A stretch of DNA of 64,000 bases from an uncultured Gammaproteobacteria bacterium (lineage in GTDB: Bacteria; Pseudomonadota; Gammaproteobacteria; JABCZS01). Position 1 is the stretch's first letter, and each line of letters starts with the position of its first letter. This document shows positions 61,855 through 64,000 of this stretch, in pieces. Both the position numbers and the translations under genes were made by a program. A model generated the notes under the pieces. The model had not been told where the DNA came from, ran no database searches, and saw only the letters and a program-made list of their open reading frames with translations. The DNA lies in the NCBI GenBank assembly GCA_963848305.1, contig CAWKDC010000001.1, forward strand, positions 1,248,001 to 1,312,000. Reading direction: 5' to 3'.

Positions 61855-62366
61855 TTATTTCGCTATAAAATGTGATGATTCTTGATTGGGCACAGCCTTC
61901 TTTACGGAGAAATATGCAAGCGACGCGGCGAGGGCGGCACTGAAAGCCGTCACCGTGCCCACGACAATTCTACTCGTATCCAACGACGGGCTCAAAAATA
62001 AAGCAAAAGTTGCTGCCATGAATAACAAAGAAGAGCAAGATGCCACAATCGCATTCCTCACACCTGGATTTGAGTTTTTGGGGTAGACTGAAGCAGCTAC
62101 AAGCGTCATCCCAGCGATGATGACCGCCAAGAGAGGCCTATGCCCGCATCTGGTGAAAAACTATTTGGACACAATAGGTTGTCCGGGGAAATCATATAGG
62201 CTGCCATTTCAGGATCAGGTTGTCTCCCTGATTTCTCTGCCTGCTCAAAGTTACTGATACCTGCCAACACCACAAAGCGCGAGAAACCAGCGAGGGCAAT
62301 AAATAATCCAGTCATTGTACCCAGAGAAAACAGATAATTCATTTTATGATCAGACAATCCCATCAT
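61855..62366 (-). CDS. Hypothetical membrane protein (split by a frameshift near 62130)
   Basis: Two overlapping hydrophobic ORFs on the same strand. Confidence 0.5.
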
Positions 62367-62422
62367 AACCCCCACATATTGAAAGGATGCTATCAGTTAC
62401 GCTTCACAATGTCAAGCACCAG

Positions 62423-63286
62423 TTAACTAAACAATGATTTAACTTTAAAATCGTGACCTGGCTTCACAATCTCATCTTGTGCCGCCACCAATAGCAATTC
62501 TCGAGATCCCATGTTAAATGTTTTTTCAAATACGCCGAAAACAGAGGCGGCCATGTTGGAGAGCGCAACGTCGGGCGCTTCATGGCGCAATAAATGCCCT
62601 AAAAATAGGGCTGCGGTCATATCGCCTGCGCCAGTTGGTTGTGGATTAAATTCAAAACGCGGTGTTTCAACAAGCCAGGTGTGATCGGCCGTATTCAATA
62701 ACATTTGAATGGTATGCGCGGGTGTGTTGGGCAATACCAAACTGGTGACAAGAATGGTTTTGGGGCCACGTGCACGCAACATCTCACAGGCGCGCAGTGC
62801 ATCGGCTTGAGATTCAATGGATATTCCCGTTAAAAAAGCCAATTCAAATTGGTTGGGAGTTAACACATCGGCGTGCGGAACCACGTGATCGCGAAAATAT
62901 TCACCAATGCCGGGACGCACAAACACACCGCGATCCACATCGCCGATCACAGGATCACAACAATATACTAAAGCCGGATTCAACGCTTTTAATTCATTCA
63001 CGACATCAATGATGAGTGCGCCCAATGCTGGGTCGCCCATATAACCCGATAATACAGCAGCAAACGAAGAGAGTACGCCGAGATCTCGCATGCCATCAAC
63101 CAATTTCCGCAATTGATCTGCACCAAAAATATCGCCTTTAAAATGGCCATAACCCGAGTGGTTTGAAAATTGAACGGTATTGATGAAACTCACGTCAAAC
63201 CCCATGCGTTGCAGGGGGAACACAGCGGCACGATTACCGACGTAGCCGTATGCGACGTGGGATTGAATCGATAAAATGGCTGTCAT
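62423..63286 (-). CDS. pdxY: Pyridoxal kinase
   Basis: [27 protein letters not shown] and GAGD. Confidence 0.95.
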   Translation of the reverse strand: MTAILSIQSHVAYGYVGNRAAVFPLQRMGFDVSFINTVQFSNHSGYGHFKGDIFGADQLRKLVDGMRDLGVLSSFAAVLSGYMGDPALGALIIDVVNELKALNPALVYCCDPVIGDVDRGVFVRPGIGEYFRDHVVPHADVLTPNQFELAFLTGISIESQADALRACEMLRARGPKTILVTSLVLPNTPAHTIQMLLNTADHTWLVETPRFEFNPQPTGAGDMTAALFLGHLLRHEAPDVALSNMAASVFGVFEKTFNMGSRELLLVAAQDEIVKPGHDFKVKSLFS

Positions 63287-64000
63287 GTGTTATCTTCCAA
63301 CGAGAGCCAGTGATTGACACGCTCCACATCTGCCAACGTTAAATTGCCCGCAGCTTGCTTTAGTTGTAAAAGATTGATGATATAAGCGTAACGTGCTGTG
63401 GCAAAATTGCGTTGTTGATTGTACAAATTTGAAATGCTGTTCAATACATCCAACGATGTTTTCGCACCTACTTCATAAGAAGCTTGATTTGCATCGAGCG
63501 CTGTTTGTGCAGACACCACTGCTTGATGCAATGCATTCACTTGGCTGATCGCAGTTAATACGCCGCGATAAGCAATGCGTGTGTCGCTGATTGTTTCGCG
63601 ACGCGCTTCTTCAAATGCATAGCGCGCATCTTCATACGTGTATTGCGCACGATTCACACTGGCTTGAATGCCGCCGCCCGCATATAAATTCATTTGTGCT
63701 TGAAATAATAATTCCCAGCCAATATCGGAAAGGCCTTCAGGACTGGTGACAAGTCCTCCACGTGATGCACCATAGGCGCCTTGCACATTCAATGTGGGAT
63801 AATGTTGTGCGCGTTGTACTTCCACGTTGGCGCGTTGCGCCTCCATGTCAAAGCGTGTGGCGGCCAGCAATGAATTATTTTCTTGCGCATAATTTTGCCA
63901 CGTGTCAATGTCGGCAGGCTGGGGAGATTCGAGTGGAATCGTTGCCTGAAGCGGCGTGACCTCTTCAATCGTGCTGCCTGTGATCACGCGCAATTGTTCT
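63283..64000 (-). CDS. tolC: TolC family outer membrane channel (5' end outside the window)
   Basis: HYPTL, LYAGG, YEVGAKTSLDVL and ARYAYIINLLQLKQAAG. Confidence 0.9.
   Translation of the reverse strand, partial: EQLRVITGSTIEEVTPLQATIPLESPQPADIDTWQNYAQENNSLLAATRFDMEAQRANVEVQRAQHYPTLNVQGAYGASRGGLVTSPEGLSDIGWELLFQAQMNLYAGGGIQASVNRAQYTYEDARYAFEEARRETISDTRIAYRGVLTAISQVNALHQAVVSAQTALDANQASYEVGAKTSLDVLNSISNLYNQQRNFATARYAYIINLLQLKQAAGNLTLADVERVNHWLSLEDNT

Overview
Core-chromosome segment of a Gammaproteobacterium that is probably host- or protist-associated (Legionellales/Coxiella/Berkiella-like). That placement is inferred from the gene repertoire, not from a phylogeny. Housekeeping blocks: coxB-coxA-ctaG-coxC, typA, nudE/def, lptM-lysA-dapF-xerC, yadGH, rpmE, rmuC, brnQ-glnA, algC, rpmB-rpmG-kdsB, gshB, rsmE-bioA, dsbD-accBC-prmA-fis-purHD and pdxY-tolC. 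Accessory DNA lies between them: three effector-like orphans (a 1221-aa protein, a ~650-aa protein with a partner gene, and a 127-aa disordered protein carrying eukaryotic kinase/cyclin-type motifs), two intact toxin-antitoxin (TA) pairs, eroded TA and AAA-ATPase relics, a Fic protein, a solo LuxR regulator and an orphan TpsB transporter. A FimL/ChpA-like gene sits where the Pil-Chp cluster lies in Pseudomonas. There are three families of palindromic repeats: GTAG-type REPs hugging stop codons, CTGTCATCCC elements, and one ERIC-like element in the rpmBG leader. There is also a candidate ~65-nt sRNA. About ten otherwise intact genes carry small indels, several in homopolymer runs, which are most likely sequencing or assembly errors. 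No tRNA, rRNA, CRISPR array, transposase or prophage was seen. No complete novel multi-gene system can be proven from the sequence alone; the best leads are listed in findings.
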